From assembly GCA_963776455.1 (NCBI GenBank), contig CAVZMU010000001.1, positions 97,736-161,735 on the forward strand: DNA of 64,000 nucleotides. The letters run 5' to 3'. The number at the start of each line of letters is the position of its first letter. Positions within the stretch are counted from its first letter, which is position 1. The DNA is from an uncultured Alphaproteobacteria bacterium. Its GTDB lineage: Bacteria > Pseudomonadota > Alphaproteobacteria > Rhizobiales > Xanthobacteraceae. Both the position numbers and the translations under genes were made by a program. The notes beneath the pieces are model-generated. The model had not been told where the DNA came from. It did no database searches and saw only the letters and a list, made by a program, of their open reading frames with translations. Below are positions 48,305 through 59,458 of this stretch, piece after piece.

Positions 48305-49381
48305 ATGAGAACCCGAATCGCCGCGCCTGCTGCCTTGGCAGCCGCCGCCGTGTTGCTGACGTCGGCAGCCGGCCGGGCGCAGGAGCAAGAGAAATATTAC
48401 ACGTTCCGTTCCGTACTGCCGGCCGCCAATGGCCCCGGCTGGTGCGTCGACGTGCCCGGCCCCCGCTACGAGGTCGGGATCAGGATGCACCTCTGGGACT
48501 GCGTCAAGCAGAGCAACCAGTCCTTCGGCCGCGGCAACGAGAGCAACATCACGTCCGGAGGGCTCTGCGTCGACAGCCTGGGCGAGGACGGCCGCAAGGC
48601 GGGCGAGGCCGGAAATCCGATCGGGCTCGCCGAATGCGACGGCAGCGGCCATCAGGTATGGGAGATGCAGCCGCTGCCTGACGGCAACACCTTCTCGATC
48701 GTCAGCGGTGGCCAATGCGTCACCGTCGATGCTCCCGAAGGCGGGCGGCGGGCGCCGCTCGTGCTGAAGGATTGCGACCAGTCCCCCCAGCAGGCCTTCA
48801 CGACCGGCAATACCGAGCGGCCCGTCTATGTCGCCAACAGCCCCGGTTCCTTCGCCGCCGTCAGCAGCCCGGTCACCGAGAACGATGAATTCTACGTCTA
48901 TGGCGGCCGGAGATATTGCTGGTACGATGGCGGCTGGCACGGCAACGGCTGGTACCAGTGCGGCAATCACCAGACCCAGGGCGTCGGCTGGGGCGGCCCG
49001 ATCGGCTGGCACTTCTGGCACCATCACGGCCATCCCGTGAAGAAACACCCGATCATCCTTGGCAAGATGCCGGGCGGACATGGACCAGGCCACGGGCCCG
49101 GCACTAGCCACGGGCCGAAGGGCCCCGGTAGCAAGACCTCCTCCGGCCCCGGCAAGCACCCCGTGGTTCAGAAGTTCCCCGTGGTGCAAAAGCAGGTGGT
49201 CAACAAGAGAGCTCCGATCGCCCGACGGGCGCCGGTCGTGAAGCGCGCTCCCGTCGTCAGGCGGCCGCCGCCGGTCGTCGGGCGGGCTCCAGTGGTGAGA
49301 CGGGCGCCGGTTGCCAACAGGGCCCCCGTTGTCAGAAGGGCGCCGGTCGTCAACCGGGCACCGGTCCGCAAGAAGCGCTGA
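48305..49381 (+). CDS. Secreted ricin-type beta-trefoil lectin-domain protein with W/G/H-rich segment and C-terminal basic hexapeptide repeats
   Basis: Intact 358-aa ORF with GGAAGGAA SD. Signal peptide [25 protein letters not shown]. Three trefoil sub-repeats (WCVDV..LWDC..NQSF; [16 protein letters not shown]; [17 protein letters not shown]). Then [17 protein letters not shown]...[11 protein letters not shown], a GHGPG-rich linker, and nine APVVRR-like units. Confidence 0.7.
   Translation: MRTRIAAPAALAAAAVLLTSAAGRAQEQEKYYTFRSVLPAANGPGWCVDVPGPRYEVGIRMHLWDCVKQSNQSFGRGNESNITSGGLCVDSLGEDGRKAGEAGNPIGLAECDGSGHQVWEMQPLPDGNTFSIVSGGQCVTVDAPEGGRRAPLVLKDCDQSPQQAFTTGNTERPVYVANSPGSFAAVSSPVTENDEFYVYGGRRYCWYDGGWHGNGWYQCGNHQTQGVGWGGPIGWHFWHHHGHPVKKHPIILGKMPGGHGPGHGPGTSHGPKGPGSKTSSGPGKHPVVQKFPVVQKQVVNKRAPIARRAPVVKRAPVVRRPPPVVGRAPVVRRAPVANRAPVVRRAPVVNRAPVRKKR
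49211..49378 (+). repeat. In-frame tandem 18-bp (hexapeptide) repeat array, 9 units
   Basis: [56 protein letters not shown], read directly from the sequence; it forms the 3' end of the lectin-like ORF. Confidence 0.85.
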
Positions 49382-49394
49382 CGGCGGCGGCATC

Positions 49395-49422
49395 CGGCGG
49401 CGAACCATATGGCTCGCCGCCG
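49395..49422. terminator. Perfect 9-bp hairpin between the convergent lectin-like gene and truB
   Basis: CGGCGGCGA-ACCATATGGC-TCGCCGCCG, 14 nt after the lectin-like stop. No U-tract on either strand. Confidence 0.4.
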
Positions 49423-49473
49423 AGATGATCGCGACAAGCTCCGGCCGGCGATCCTTCGCGGACGCCGACCGTT

Positions 49474-50478
49474 TTACTTCGCGAGGTTGAACACGCGCCG
49501 GGGAAGCAGTTCGCCGTGCTCGGCCTCGGCCAGCGCGATCAGCGAGCCCCCCACCGTCACCGCGATCCAGCCCTCGATGATCGGGGCATCGCGGCCGCGC
49601 AGCAGCACCGACTGGCCGCGTGCGAGCCGCGCCGCGTCGGAGCGGCTGACCGCGACCGCCGGCAGGTCGCCGACCCCGGTCTCGACCGGACGCAGCAGCG
49701 CCGCCGGCCCCGGGCCGCCTTCTGCCTCGGCGGCTTCATGCAAGGCATCGAGGCTCACGGCGCTTTCGGCACGGAACGGGCCGACCATGCTGCGCCGGAG
49801 CGCCGTGACATGCCCGCAGACGCCGAGCGCACGGCCGAAATCGCGCGCCAGCGCCCGCACATAGGTGCCCTTGCCGCATTCGGCTTCGAACTCCGCATGA
49901 TCGGCGTCGACGATGCCGACAAGATCGAGCCGGTCGATCTGCACCGGCCGTTCTTCGAGCACGACCTCCTGGCCCTCCCGCGCAAGGTCATAGGCGCGCT
50001 CGCCGGCGATCTTGATGGCGGAGTATTTCGGCGGCGTCTGCATGATGGCGCCGGTGAAGCGCGGCAGCAGGGCGCGGATCGCCGCTTCACTGGGACGCGC
50101 ATCCGAGGTCGCGGCGGCGCGGCCCTCGGCATCGTCGGTATCGGTCTCGATGCCCCAGCGCACGGTGAAGCGATAGGCCTTGCGGCCGTCCATCACGAAG
50201 GACACCGTCTTGGTCGCCTCGCCGAGCGCGATCGGCAGCACGCCCGAGGCGAGCGGATCGAGCGTGCCGGCGTGCCCGGCCTTCTTGGCGGAGAACACGC
50301 GCTTGATGATCGCGACGGCATGCGTCGACGTCATGCCGACCGGCTTGTCGAGGATGAGCCAGCCGTTGACCTCGCGCTTCTCGCGCCGGAACTGACCGCG
50401 CGGCTTGGTGTCCGCGGCAGGGGTCATGGCGTCGGCGTCGGCAGGCGGCGCCGCGACGTCACTATCGTTCATCATCAT
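49474..50478 (-). CDS. truB: tRNA pseudouridine(55) synthase
   Basis: Intact. [17 protein letters not shown]...[25 protein letters not shown] (catalytic Asp motif). The start is uncertain (ATGs at 50478/50475/50472/50427; the track uses GTG 50487). Confidence 0.9.
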   Translation of the reverse strand: MMMNDSDVAAPPADADAMTPAADTKPRGQFRREKREVNGWLILDKPVGMTSTHAVAIIKRVFSAKKAGHAGTLDPLASGVLPIALGEATKTVSFVMDGRKAYRFTVRWGIETDTDDAEGRAAATSDARPSEAAIRALLPRFTGAIMQTPPKYSAIKIAGERAYDLAREGQEVVLEERPVQIDRLDLVGIVDADHAEFEAECGKGTYVRALARDFGRALGVCGHVTALRRSMVGPFRAESAVSLDALHEAAEAEGGPGPAALLRPVETGVGDLPAVAVSRSDAARLARGQSVLLRGRDAPIIEGWIAVTVGGSLIALAEAEHGELLPRRVFNLAK

Positions 50479-50884
50479 CGCCGCCACTTTCGAGGTCGCG
50501 CTTCACCGCGGGTGTTGCCAGAAGTTTCGCGATCCGTTCCGCCTCGTCGAATCGATCGTCGATGCGGAACCGGATGTCAGGTGCGAATTTCAGGTTAACA
50601 CGCTTGGCGATCTCGCCGCGCAGGTAGCGCTTGTTGCGGTCGAGCGCGGCAACGACCTCAGCGGCATCGCGGCCACCGAGCGGCATGATGTAGACCGTGG
50701 CCAGCCGCAGGTCCGGCGCCATGCGTACTTCCGGCACGGTGATGAGGTGGCCTTCGAGCACCGGGTCATGCACCTCGCCGCGCGACAGGATGGCGGCAAG
50801 CTCGTGACGCACGAGCTCGCCGACTCGGAGCTGGCGCTGCGAGGCCCCCATGGGATCGTCGGATTTCTTCTGGCGGCGCGGCAT
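50462..50884 (-). CDS. rbfA: 30S ribosome-binding factor RbfA
   Basis: Intact. [43 protein letters not shown]...[24 protein letters not shown]...[21 protein letters not shown]. Confidence 0.9.
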   Translation of the reverse strand: MPRRQKKSDDPMGASQRQLRVGELVRHELAAILSRGEVHDPVLEGHLITVPEVRMAPDLRLATVYIMPLGGRDAAEVVAALDRNKRYLRGEIAKRVNLKFAPDIRFRIDDRFDEAERIAKLLATPAVKRDLESGGDDDER

Positions 50885-50894
50885 CAACGAAATC

Positions 50895-51440
50895 CTATGG
50901 CGAGGCGGCGGACGACGATGCGTCGGCGAACCGGGCGAAGCAGCCCATCTCATCGGCGTCGGCAAAGGCGCGAAGCGGTGCGATGATCACGCGGCGGCTC
51001 GCCGTCTGCACGAAGACATGGGCGCGCCCGAGGTGCACCCAGGGCACCTCGGACCACGGATATCGCTGTAATCCCGCGCCTTCGTCATAGCCAATTCCAT
51101 CATCGGCTGCCGTCAGCAGCACGTCATCATCCGGCAGCGGAAACCGCCGGACGCGCCTGTGGCGCGCAATCGAAAGTCCCAGCGTGACCGCCGCGAACCA
51201 TAGGGCGATCACAGCGCCGATCACCGCGCCTTCCTTCAATACGCTCCAGGATCCCGTGTCCCAGCCGAACGATGAGGCCAGCCATCCTCCGCTCGCACCC
51301 AGGATGACAAGCGGCAGGAGCATCGCGGCCTTTGCGCGGGCGCTGAATTCACCCCGCAGGTCTTCGTAAGCCGCGGCATCGTCCCGCGTCAGCCGATAAG
51401 CCAGCGCGAAACGAGGCCCTTCCCCATTCGCGTCCGCCAT
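50895..51440 (-). CDS. YcxB-like two-TM membrane protein (hypothetical)
   Basis: Intact 181-aa ORF. Two adjacent hydrophobic helices ([21 protein letters not shown]; [21 protein letters not shown]) followed by a C-terminal domain ...[33 protein letters not shown]. Family assignment by pattern recall only. Confidence 0.5.
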   Translation of the reverse strand: MADANGEGPRFALAYRLTRDDAAAYEDLRGEFSARAKAAMLLPLVILGASGGWLASSFGWDTGSWSVLKEGAVIGAVIALWFAAVTLGLSIARHRRVRRFPLPDDDVLLTAADDGIGYDEGAGLQRYPWSEVPWVHLGRAHVFVQTASRRVIIAPLRAFADADEMGCFARFADASSSAASP

Positions 51441-51473
51441 CGCGGCCAGATGCCCGAGAGCCGATGGCGACGA

Positions 51474-54058
51474 TCACAGCGTCCGCTGGATCGTCTCCAC
51501 GCGGTAGCATTCGATGACGTCGCCCTGCTGCATGTCCTGGATAGTTCGCGAAGGCCATGCCGCATTCCTGGCCGGCGTGACCTCCTTCGCGTCATCCTTG
51601 AAGCGCTTGAGCGTGCGACAGCTTGCCTTCGTGGATCACGACATTGTCGCGGATCAGGCGCACCTTGGCGCCGCGTCGCACGACGCCTTCGGTGACGCGG
51701 CAGCCCGCGACCTTGCCGACCTTGGAGATGTTGAAGACTTCCAGGATCGCGGCATTGCCGAGGAACTTCTCGCGGATCGTCGGCGTCAGCATGCCCGACA
51801 TCGCCGCCTTCACGTCGTCGACGAGATTGTAGATGATGTTGTAGTAGCGGATCTCGACGCCGTCGCGCTCGGCGCGCGTCGCGCGCCTGCTTGTGGGCGC
51901 GCACATTGAAGCCGATGATCGGCACGCCCGATGCCGCCGCCAGGATGACGTCGCATTCGGTGATGCCGCCGACGCCGGAATGCAGCACTGCGCGCCCGAC
52001 CTCGTCGGTGCCGAGCTTGTCCAGCGCGCCGAGGATCGCTTCGACCGAGCCCTGCACGTCGGCCTTGAGACGAGCGGAAACTCTTTTTCGCCGGCGGTCT
52101 TGAGCTGGCTCATCATCTGTTCGAGCGAGCCGCGCATGCCGGTCATGTGGGCGGCGTCTTCGCGGCGCTTGCCGCGCGCGGTAATCGGCGACTTCGCGCG
52201 CGCGGCCTTCGGTATCGACCACGACGAATCGTCGCCGGCTTCCGGCGCGCCCGAGAAGCCGAGCACCTCGACCGGCAGTCGACGGCCCGGCGATTTCCAG
52301 CGACTGCGCCGCGTATCGTTGACAAGCGCGCGCACGCGGCCCCATTCCGCGCCGGCCACGACGATGTCGCCGACCTTCAGCGTGCCGCGCTGGACCAGCA
52401 CGGTCGCGACCGGACCGCGGCCCTGGTCGAGCTTGGCCTCGATCACGGCGCCTTCGGCTGGCGGTCCGGATTGGCCTTGAGGTCGAGCAGTTCGGCCTGC
52501 AGGCGGATGGCATCTCCGCAGCTTGTCGAGATTGGTGTTCTTGGTCGCCGAAACTTCGACATCCTGCACTTCGCCGCCCAGGTCTTCGACCTGGATTTCG
52601 TGCTGCAGCAATTCGGTGCGCACGCGGTCGGGCGTCGCTTCCGGCTTGTCGATCTTGTTGATGGCGACGATGATCGGCACCTTCGCCGCCTTGGCGTGAT
52701 GGATCGCTTCGACCGTCTGCGGCATGACGCCGTCGTCGGCGGCCACCACCAGCACCACGATGTCGGTGACCTTGGCGCCGCGGGCGCGCATCGCCGTGAA
52801 GGCGGCATGGCCGGGCGTATCGAGGAACGTGATCTTGGCCCCGAAGGCGATGCCACCTGATAGGCGCCGATATGCTGGGTGATGCCGCCGGCCTCGCCCG
52901 CACCACGTCGGTCGAGCGGATGGCGTCGAGCAGCGACGTCTTGCCGTGATCGACGTGGCCCATGATGGTGACGACGGGCGCGCGCGGCAGCAGGTCCTCC
53001 GGATCGTCCGGGACGTCGAACAGGCCTTCCTCGACGTCGGCTTCGGCAACGCGGCGCACCGAATGGCCCATCTCCTCGGCGATGAGCTGTGCGGTGTCGG
53101 CGTCGATGACGTCGGTGACCACCGCCATGTGGCCCTGCTTCATCATCAGCCGGATGACGTCCACAGCGCGCTCCGCCATGCGGTTGGCGAGCTCCTGGAT
53201 CGTGATGGTTTCCGGAATGGTGACTTCGCGGACGAGCTTTTCCTTGGGCTCGTTGGCGGCATGGCCCTTGAGCCGCTGAATGCGCCGGCGGAACGAAGCA
53301 TCGGAGCGCTCGCGCACCTCGTCGGCGCGGTGCGCCGTCACCAGCGTGAGGCGGCCGCGCTGTTTCTCGGCGGGCGCCCGCGGGGCGGGCCGCGGGGCGA
53401 CAACCGGACGGGCGGCACCACCGGGGCCGCGCCGCACCGTGCGCGGCGGCTCGTCCTCTTCGGCTTCGAGCGCGGGCCGTGCTGCCGCCGCTGCGGGCCG
53501 CGGCTTGGCTTCCTCGCCGCCGAAACGCTTCTTGGCGACCTCGTCGGCCTTGCGCTTGGTTTCCTCGTCGTGCTTGCGGCGATCTTCTTCCTCGTGCTTG
53601 CGCGCTTCGGCGGCGACACGCTCCTTCTGCTCGCGCTCCTCGCGTTCGCCGCGCCGGCGCGCTTCCTCCTCGGCGATCTTGCGCTCCTCAGCCTCGCGCA
53701 CCCGCGAATCCGTCAGCGCATGGGCCCGCGCCTTGCGCTCCTCCTCGGTCAATGTACGCAGCACGACGCCCGACGGCTTCGGCGCCGGTGCGGGGGGAGC
53801 TTTGGGCGCCGCGACCGGCGGCACGCTTGGAACGGCACGCCGCGCGGCCGCAGCCGGCTCGGCATGGACCGGTTCCGGCCTTGCGCCTTCGCCGCCGATG
53901 CGCCGCTTCACCTTCTCGACCACCACCGCCTTGCTGCGGCCATGGCTGAAGCTCTGCCGGACCACGCCCGTTTCGGTGCGCGGCTTGATCGTCAGGGTCT
54001 TCGTCGAGGCGACTTTCAGCGTCTTCTCGGCCGGGGTCTTGGTATCGGTTTCGCTCAT
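51474..54058 (-). pseudogene. infB: Translation initiation factor IF-2; 5' 1.15 kb intact, 3' 1.4 kb heavily frame-disrupted
   Basis: [12 protein letters not shown]..., a K/E/R/A-rich N-terminal region, then [20 protein letters not shown] in one frame. After about 52900: [110 protein letters not shown] and [15 protein letters not shown] alternate between frames (at least 11 changes). Confidence 0.9.
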
Positions 54059-54120
54059 TACAGATCCAGTTCTACGCGCCGTCTCGGGCAGGCAAGTTCA
54101 CGTACAACCCCTTAGAGGGG

Positions 54121-54824
54121 CTATGAATTCCGTTCAGTCGCCGGCACCTTGGGGACGCGCGCGACGCGCGCGAGCGCGCCCGGGTCTTCGCTCCGGAAGC
54201 GCTCGAGGCCGCGACAGCGCGCAAGAAAACCATCGCTCGCAGGGCCGGCGAGCACGGCAGCATGTACCACATTTGACCGGCCCAATGCCAAATCCAATTG
54301 TTCCGACGTCAGACACGTGATCTGGGGGGGACGGACTCGCCGTCGCCGAACCGGCGGACCAGCACGGCGGCGAGCTTGCGCACGCCGTCATCGCTCGCGT
54401 CGGAGGCATGGATCATCGCCGCGACCGGTTCCGACTGGGCCGCCGCCTCGACCTTCGAGAAGCCGTGCACCACGCGTCCCGACTTGTGCAGGATCGCCAG
54501 CGCATCGAGCGCTGAGCGCTCCAGCAGCCGCTCCACCAGCGCCGTGAAGTCCGGCGGCGTCGTCACCTCGCGCTTGAACGCGCGGCCGAACGCCTTGCGC
54601 TGAACCGCGGCCGCCAAGGCATCGCGGCTGGCCGTGATCCAGACGCCGCGGCCGGGCAGCTTACGCTTGAGGTCCGGAACGACCGATCCGTCGGGACCGA
54701 CCACGAAACGGATCATTTCGGCCGTCGGTTTCACCGCCCGCGTGACGATGCACAGCCGTTCGGTTCCGGGCGCGCTCGACCGCGGCCCGGCATCCGTCTC
54801 GATGTTGTCCTCGGCAGCCAGCAT
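54121..54824 (-). pseudogene. YlxR-like (DUF448) RNA-binding protein fused to an L7Ae-like domain; one frame change in a G7/C7 homopolymer
   Basis: RLCIVTRAVKPTAEMIRFVVGPDGSVVPDLKRKLPGRGVWITA (YlxR motif), then KSGRVVHGFSKVEAA. After the run at 54324-54330 the reading continues as QITCLTSEQLDLALGRSNVVHAALLAGPASDGFL to TAG 54121-54123. Confidence 0.75.
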
Positions 54825-54857
54825 GAGCTCCAAACATCTCTCCGGTCTGGCGAGGCG

Positions 54858-56462
54858 TCACGCCTCGGCCTCGGCTTCGGCCGGGGCTTCCGCCTCGGGC
54901 TTCACCAAGTCGGCTTCGGTGATCCAGCCCACCATGACGCGGGCCTGCATGATGATCGCCTCGGCTTCCTCGCGCGTGATCTCGAAACCGTCGAGGAAGC
55001 CCGGCGTGCGCACCGCCTCGCCGTCCTTGCGCTCGGTCCAGCCGGCAAGGTCGTCGGTGGCGCAGCCCGCGAGGTCCTCGACGGTCTTGATGTCGTTCTC
55101 GCCGAACGCCACCAGCATCCGCGTGGTCACGCCGGGCACGTCCCTCACCGCATCCTCGACGCCCAGTTCGCGGCGCTTGTCGTCGAACTCGCCTTCGATG
55201 CGGGACAGGTAGTCGTTGGCCCGCGCCTGCAGCTCCTTCGCGGTGTCCTCGTCAAAACCTTCGATCGAGGAAATCTCCCGCTCCTCGACCATCGCCAGGT
55301 CTTCGACGGACGTGAAGCCTTCCGAGGCGAGCAATTGCCCAACCACCTCGTCGACGTCGAGCGCCTCCATGAACACGCGCGTGCGGTTCTCGAACTCGGC
55401 CTGGCGGCGCTCGGACTCTTCCTGCTCGGTAAGGATGTCGATGTCCCAGCCGGTAAGCTGCGAGGCGAGCCGCACGTTCTGGCCGCGGCGGCCGATCGCG
55501 AGCGAAAGCTGCTGGTCCGGCACCACGACCTCGATGCGCTCGCGGTCCTCGTCGAGCACGACCTTGGAGACTTCCGCCGGCGCCAGCGCGTTGACCACGA
55601 AGGTCGCGATATCGGGCGACCACTGGATGATGTCGATCTTCTCGCCCTGCAGCTCGTTGACGACGGCTTGAACGCGGGAGCCGCGCATGCCGACGCAGGC
55701 GCCGACCGGATCGACCCCGGAATCCCGCGAGATCACGGCGATCTTGGCGCGCGAGCCGGGGTCACGCGCCACCGCCTTCACCTCGACGATGCCCTCGTAG
55801 ATTTCCGGCACCTCCTGGGCGAACAGCTTGGACATGAACTGCGGATGGGTGCGCGACAGGAAGATCTGCGGCCCGCGCGGCTCGCGGCGCACGTCGTAGA
55901 TATAGGCGCGCACGCGGTCGCCGTTGCGGAACGTCTCGCGCGGCAGCAATTCGTCGCGCCGCACGATCGCCTCGCCGCGGCCGAGATCGACCACCACGTT
56001 GCCGTACTCGACGCGCTTGACGATGCCGTTGACGATGTCGTGGATGCGCTCCTTGTATTCGTCATACTGGCGGTCGCGCTCGGCCTCGCGCACCTTCTGC
56101 ACGATCACCTGCTTGGCGGACTGCGCCGCGATGCGCCCGTATTCCAGCGGCGGCAGCGTGTCGGCGATGGTGTCGCCGATCTGCGCGGCCGGATTGCGCT
56201 TGCGCGCGTCCTCCAGGCTGATGTGGCTCGACGAGTTCTCGACGACCTCCATCACCAGCATGTGCCGGGAGAGCCGCAATTCGCCGGTCTTGGCGTTGAT
56301 CTCGGCATGGACGTCGGTCTCGGCGCCGTAGCGCGAGCGCGCCGCCTTGGCGATCGCATCCTCCATCGCCGTGATGACGATGTTGCGGTCGATCGACTTC
56401 TCGCGGGCGACCGCGTCGGCGATCTGCAACAGTTCGAGCCGGTTGGCGCTTACGGCTGCCAT
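54858..56462 (-). CDS. nusA: Transcription termination/antitermination factor NusA
   Basis: Intact 534 aa. MAAVSANRLELLQIADAVAREKSIDRNIV...; S1 domain GIVKRVEYGNVVVDLG; KH domains DPVGACVGMRGSRVQAV and LSLAIGRRGQNVRLASQLTGW; acidic EAEA tail. Confidence 0.93.
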   Translation of the reverse strand: MAAVSANRLELLQIADAVAREKSIDRNIVITAMEDAIAKAARSRYGAETDVHAEINAKTGELRLSRHMLVMEVVENSSSHISLEDARKRNPAAQIGDTIADTLPPLEYGRIAAQSAKQVIVQKVREAERDRQYDEYKERIHDIVNGIVKRVEYGNVVVDLGRGEAIVRRDELLPRETFRNGDRVRAYIYDVRREPRGPQIFLSRTHPQFMSKLFAQEVPEIYEGIVEVKAVARDPGSRAKIAVISRDSGVDPVGACVGMRGSRVQAVVNELQGEKIDIIQWSPDIATFVVNALAPAEVSKVVLDEDRERIEVVVPDQQLSLAIGRRGQNVRLASQLTGWDIDILTEQEESERRQAEFENRTRVFMEALDVDEVVGQLLASEGFTSVEDLAMVEEREISSIEGFDEDTAKELQARANDYLSRIEGEFDDKRRELGVEDAVRDVPGVTTRMLVAFGENDIKTVEDLAGCATDDLAGWTERKDGEAVRTPGFLDGFEITREEAEAIIMQARVMVGWITEADLVKPEAEAPAEAEAEA

Positions 56463-56463
56463 G

Positions 56464-57144
56464 TCATTCTCCGTGTTTCGCTGCGCGCTTCTTGCCCGCG
56501 CGCGTGAGGGATGAATCGTCGGGGACGGCCGAGCCTGTCCCGTTCTCGCTGTGGCCGACATCGCTGTGGCCGGCTTCGCCGCGTCCCGACGCCTTGCCGC
56601 GCCGAAGCAACTCGGCGACCAACGCGTCGGTGATGACCAGCTTCGCATCCGCCATGTCGGCGATCGGAAGCAGCACCTCGGCTGGTTCGTCCGGGCCGAC
56701 ATCGTCGCGGCGGAACCGCGCGGCATCGCCTTCCGTGCCGAGCAGCACGCCGCGGAACCGCTTGCGTCCCGCGACCGGAACGGTCATCTCGATCTTGGCG
56801 ACGTGACCGGCGTTGCGGTCGAAATCCGAGCGCCGCACCAGCGGCCGGTCGATCCCGGGCGAGGAAACCTCAAGCTGATACGCGGTGCTGATCGGGTCTT
56901 CGACGTCGAGCAGGGGCGACACCGCCCGCGACACCGCTTCGCAGTCTTCGATCACCATCGTGCCGTCCGGCTTCTCCGCCATGATCTGGACGGTGCAGCC
57001 GGAATTGCTGGAAATCCTGACGCGCACCAGCCGATAGCCGAGGCCCGCGATCACCGGCTCGGCAATCGCGGCAACGCGCGCGGCCGCGCCCTGCTCGACG
57101 ATGAGCCGGCGATCCTCCGTCACGATATCGATCGTATCCGTCAT
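56464..57144 (-). CDS. rimP: Ribosome maturation factor RimP
   Basis: Intact. ...[35 protein letters not shown]...[26 protein letters not shown]. The stop is 1 nt before the nusA ATG. Confidence 0.88.
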   Translation of the reverse strand: MTDTIDIVTEDRRLIVEQGAAARVAAIAEPVIAGLGYRLVRVRISSNSGCTVQIMAEKPDGTMVIEDCEAVSRAVSPLLDVEDPISTAYQLEVSSPGIDRPLVRRSDFDRNAGHVAKIEMTVPVAGRKRFRGVLLGTEGDAARFRRDDVGPDEPAEVLLPIADMADAKLVITDALVAELLRRGKASGRGEAGHSDVGHSENGTGSAVPDDSSLTRAGKKRAAKHGE

Positions 57145-57211
57145 TCGCTTCCGCGGCCCGGCCTGTCGACGTGACAAACCCGCTCCAGGTGACAGGGCCG
57201 GTTGAGGTAAC

Positions 57212-57243
57212 AAAAAAGAGCGGGTCCCGGGCGGGGCCCACTC
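57212..57243 (-). terminator. Rho-independent terminator between trmB and rimP
   Basis: Minus strand reads GAGTGGGCCCCGCCCGGGACCCGCTC (10 of 11 stem positions paired, including one G-U; 4-nt loop) followed by TTTTTTG (plus-strand A run 57212-57217). Confidence 0.7.
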
Positions 57244-57330
57244 TCCTAACGTCCGATTGAGCGTTATGAGATGTCCAATTTGGACGAGGCTGATATAGCG
57301 GCAATCGCCTTCCGCTTCAAGGGCGAAAGC

Positions 57331-58023
57331 TCATCGCCGCCGGAAGGCCAGGTAGCAGGGCGCGCGGCCTTCCCGCTTTGCCTTGGCTTCGTAGCGCGTG
57401 CCGTGGAAGCCCGGCCACGGCAATCGCCAGTCATCGGCGCATTCCGCCGTCCATTCGAATTGCGGCGTCCGCAGCAAGCGCTCCAGTCCCCATTCGGCGT
57501 AACCGGCCCAGTCGGTGGCGAAGCGGAACACGCCGCCGGGTCGCAGGACACGGGCAAGCCGCGCGATGTTGTCGCCCTGAACGAAGCGCCGCTTCCAGTG
57601 CCGTCGCTTGGGCCACGGATCGGGATAGAGCAGGTCCACCTGGGCGAGCGAGGCCGGCGGCAGCCATTCGAGCAGCGGCAGGGCGTCGCCGTGATGCAGG
57701 CGGATGTTGGCGAGCCCGTTGGCCTCGATCGCCGCGAGCGCCTTGGCCATGCCGTTGACGAACGGCTCACAGCCGATGAAACCGATATGCGGATGCGCCG
57801 ATGCTTCGGCGATCAGGTGCTCGGCGCCGCCGAACCCGATCTCCAGCCGCACGTGGGCGGCGACAGGAAACAGCGCGCCAAGATCGCTTGTGGATGCGGT
57901 GCTGAGATCGACCGCGAGTCGCGGCAGCAAGCTCGCGAACAATGCGGCCTGATGCGAGCGCAGCGCATGGCCTTTGCGGCGGCCGAAAAATCCGCGGTCG
58001 TCTTGAGACTTGGCGTCGCTCAT
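57331..58023 (-). CDS. trmB: tRNA (guanine-N7)-methyltransferase
   Basis: Intact. ...[33 protein letters not shown]...[20 protein letters not shown]...[10 protein letters not shown]. Confidence 0.9.
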   Translation of the reverse strand: MSDAKSQDDRGFFGRRKGHALRSHQAALFASLLPRLAVDLSTASTSDLGALFPVAAHVRLEIGFGGAEHLIAEASAHPHIGFIGCEPFVNGMAKALAAIEANGLANIRLHHGDALPLLEWLPPASLAQVDLLYPDPWPKRRHWKRRFVQGDNIARLARVLRPGGVFRFATDWAGYAEWGLERLLRTPQFEWTAECADDWRLPWPGFHGTRYEAKAKREGRAPCYLAFRRR

Positions 58024-58105
58024 TCTTGCTGCGTCATGAACGGGCTCTCGCGGCCTCATGGTGAGAGGGCGCGGAACGCGCCGTTTCGAACCATGGCCGC
58101 TCTCG

Positions 58106-58147
58106 TCCTTCGAGACGCGCCTTTTCAGGCGCTCCTCAGGATGAGGG
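58106..58147. repeat. REP-like palindromic intergenic element, copy B
   Basis: TCCTTCGAGACGCGCC-TTTTCA-GGCGCTCCTCAGGATGAGGG lies between the metK stop and the trmB start. The left arm is 16/16 identical to copy A (34373-34412). Confidence 0.6.
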
Positions 58148-58186
58148 CGAGAGTGTCACGCGCGCCGCAGAAATACGCCCCTTGGA

Positions 58187-59458
58187 TCACTTCATCGCGC
58201 TGCGGATCGACTCCACCAGGTCGGTGCGCTCCCACGAGAAGCCGCCGTCGCTGTCGGGGGCGCGGCCGAAATGGCCATAGGCCGCGGTGCGGCGGTAGAT
58301 CGGCTTGTTGAGCTGGAGCTTGCGGCGGATGTTGGTCGGCCGCAGCGGGAAGATCTCGGCGAGCGCCTTTTCCAGCTTTGCTTCGTCGACGTCAGCGCCG
58401 TGGGTATCGACCAGGAGCGACATCGGGTCGGCGACGCCGATCGCGTAGGCGATCTGGATGGTGCAGCTTTCGGCGACGCCTGCCGCCACCACATTCTTGG
58501 CGAGATAGCGCGCCGCATAGGCGGCCGAACGGTCGACCTTGGTCGGGTCCTTGCCGGAGAATGCACCGCCACCATGGGGCGCATAGCCGCCATAGGTGTC
58601 GACGATGATCTTGCGGCCGGTGAGGCCGCAGTCGCCGTCCGGACCGCCGACCACGAAATTGCCGGTCGGGTTGACCAGGAAGTCGTCCGTGTTCTTCGGC
58701 ATCCAGCCTTCCGGCAGGGCCGAGGCGACCGCGTCGGCGATCAACTCCTTGACCATGGCCGGGGTGTATTCCTGGCCGTTGCGGGTCGCGGCGTTGTGCT
58801 GCGTCGAGACCACGACCTTGGTGCAGCCGACCGGCTTGCCGTTGGCATATTCCACCGTGACCTGGCTCTTGGCGTCGGGCTGCAGGTCGAACAGCTTGTT
58901 GGCGCGGCGCTGCTCGGAGAGCACCTTGAGGATCTTGTGCGCGAAGTAGATCGGGGCGGGCATGTAGGAGCCCTTTTCATAGACCTCGCTCTGCGTGCAG
59001 GCGAAGCCGAACATCATGCCCTGGTCGCCGGCGCCTTCCTGCTCGCCGCCTGCCGCCGCCTTTGCGTCGACGCCCATGGCGATGTCCGGCGACTGGCCGT
59101 GCAGCAACACCTCGACGTCGGCGCCATAATAGGAAAAGCCGTCCTGGTCGTAGCCGATGTCCTTCACGACGCCGCGCGCGATGTCCGCGATCATCTCGCG
59201 GTTCACCACCGTCTTGTCGCCGTGCTTCTTGAAGAACGGCGCCTGTCCGCGGCCCTCGCCGGCGATGACGATCTTGTTGGTCGTGGTCAGCGTCTCGCAG
59301 CCGAGCCGGGTGTTCGCCTTGCTGTCATCGGCGATGCCGAGCTTGATGTCGTTTTCCAGGAACGCATCGAGAATGGCGTCGGAAATCTGGTCGCAGACCT
59401 TGTCCGGATGACCTTCGGACACCAACTCGCTGGTGAAAAGACGACTTGACCGCGCCAC
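58187..59458 (-). CDS. metK: S-adenosylmethionine synthase
   Basis: Intact. [84 protein letters not shown]. Probable GTG start at 59458 (VARSSRLF). Confidence 0.93.
   Translation of the reverse strand: MARSSRLFTSELVSEGHPDKVCDQISDAILDAFLENDIKLGIADDSKANTRLGCETLTTTNKIVIAGEGRGQAPFFKKHGDKTVVNREMIADIARGVVKDIGYDQDGFSYYGADVEVLLHGQSPDIAMGVDAKAAAGGEQEGAGDQGMMFGFACTQSEVYEKGSYMPAPIYFAHKILKVLSEQRRANKLFDLQPDAKSQVTVEYANGKPVGCTKVVVSTQHNAATRNGQEYTPAMVKELIADAVASALPEGWMPKNTDDFLVNPTGNFVVGGPDGDCGLTGRKIIVDTYGGYAPHGGGAFSGKDPTKVDRSAAYAARYLAKNVVAAGVAESCTIQIAYAIGVADPMSLLVDTHGADVDEAKLEKALAEIFPLRPTNIRRKLQLNKPIYRRTAAYGHFGRAPDSDGGFSWERTDLVESIRSAMK

Noticed and set aside
49211-49378. Tandem 18-bp repeats as a possible CRISPR-like or non-coding array.
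   Set aside because: The units are contiguous with no spacers, are in frame with the upstream ORF, and encode a regular hexapeptide. This is a coding repeat.
48200-49408. 402-aa minus-strand ORF overlapping the lectin-like gene.
   Set aside because: The product is Pro/Arg/Asp-rich low complexity, the mirror image of the APVVRR repeats. The plus-strand ORF has an SD, a signal peptide and a three-fold beta-trefoil pattern.
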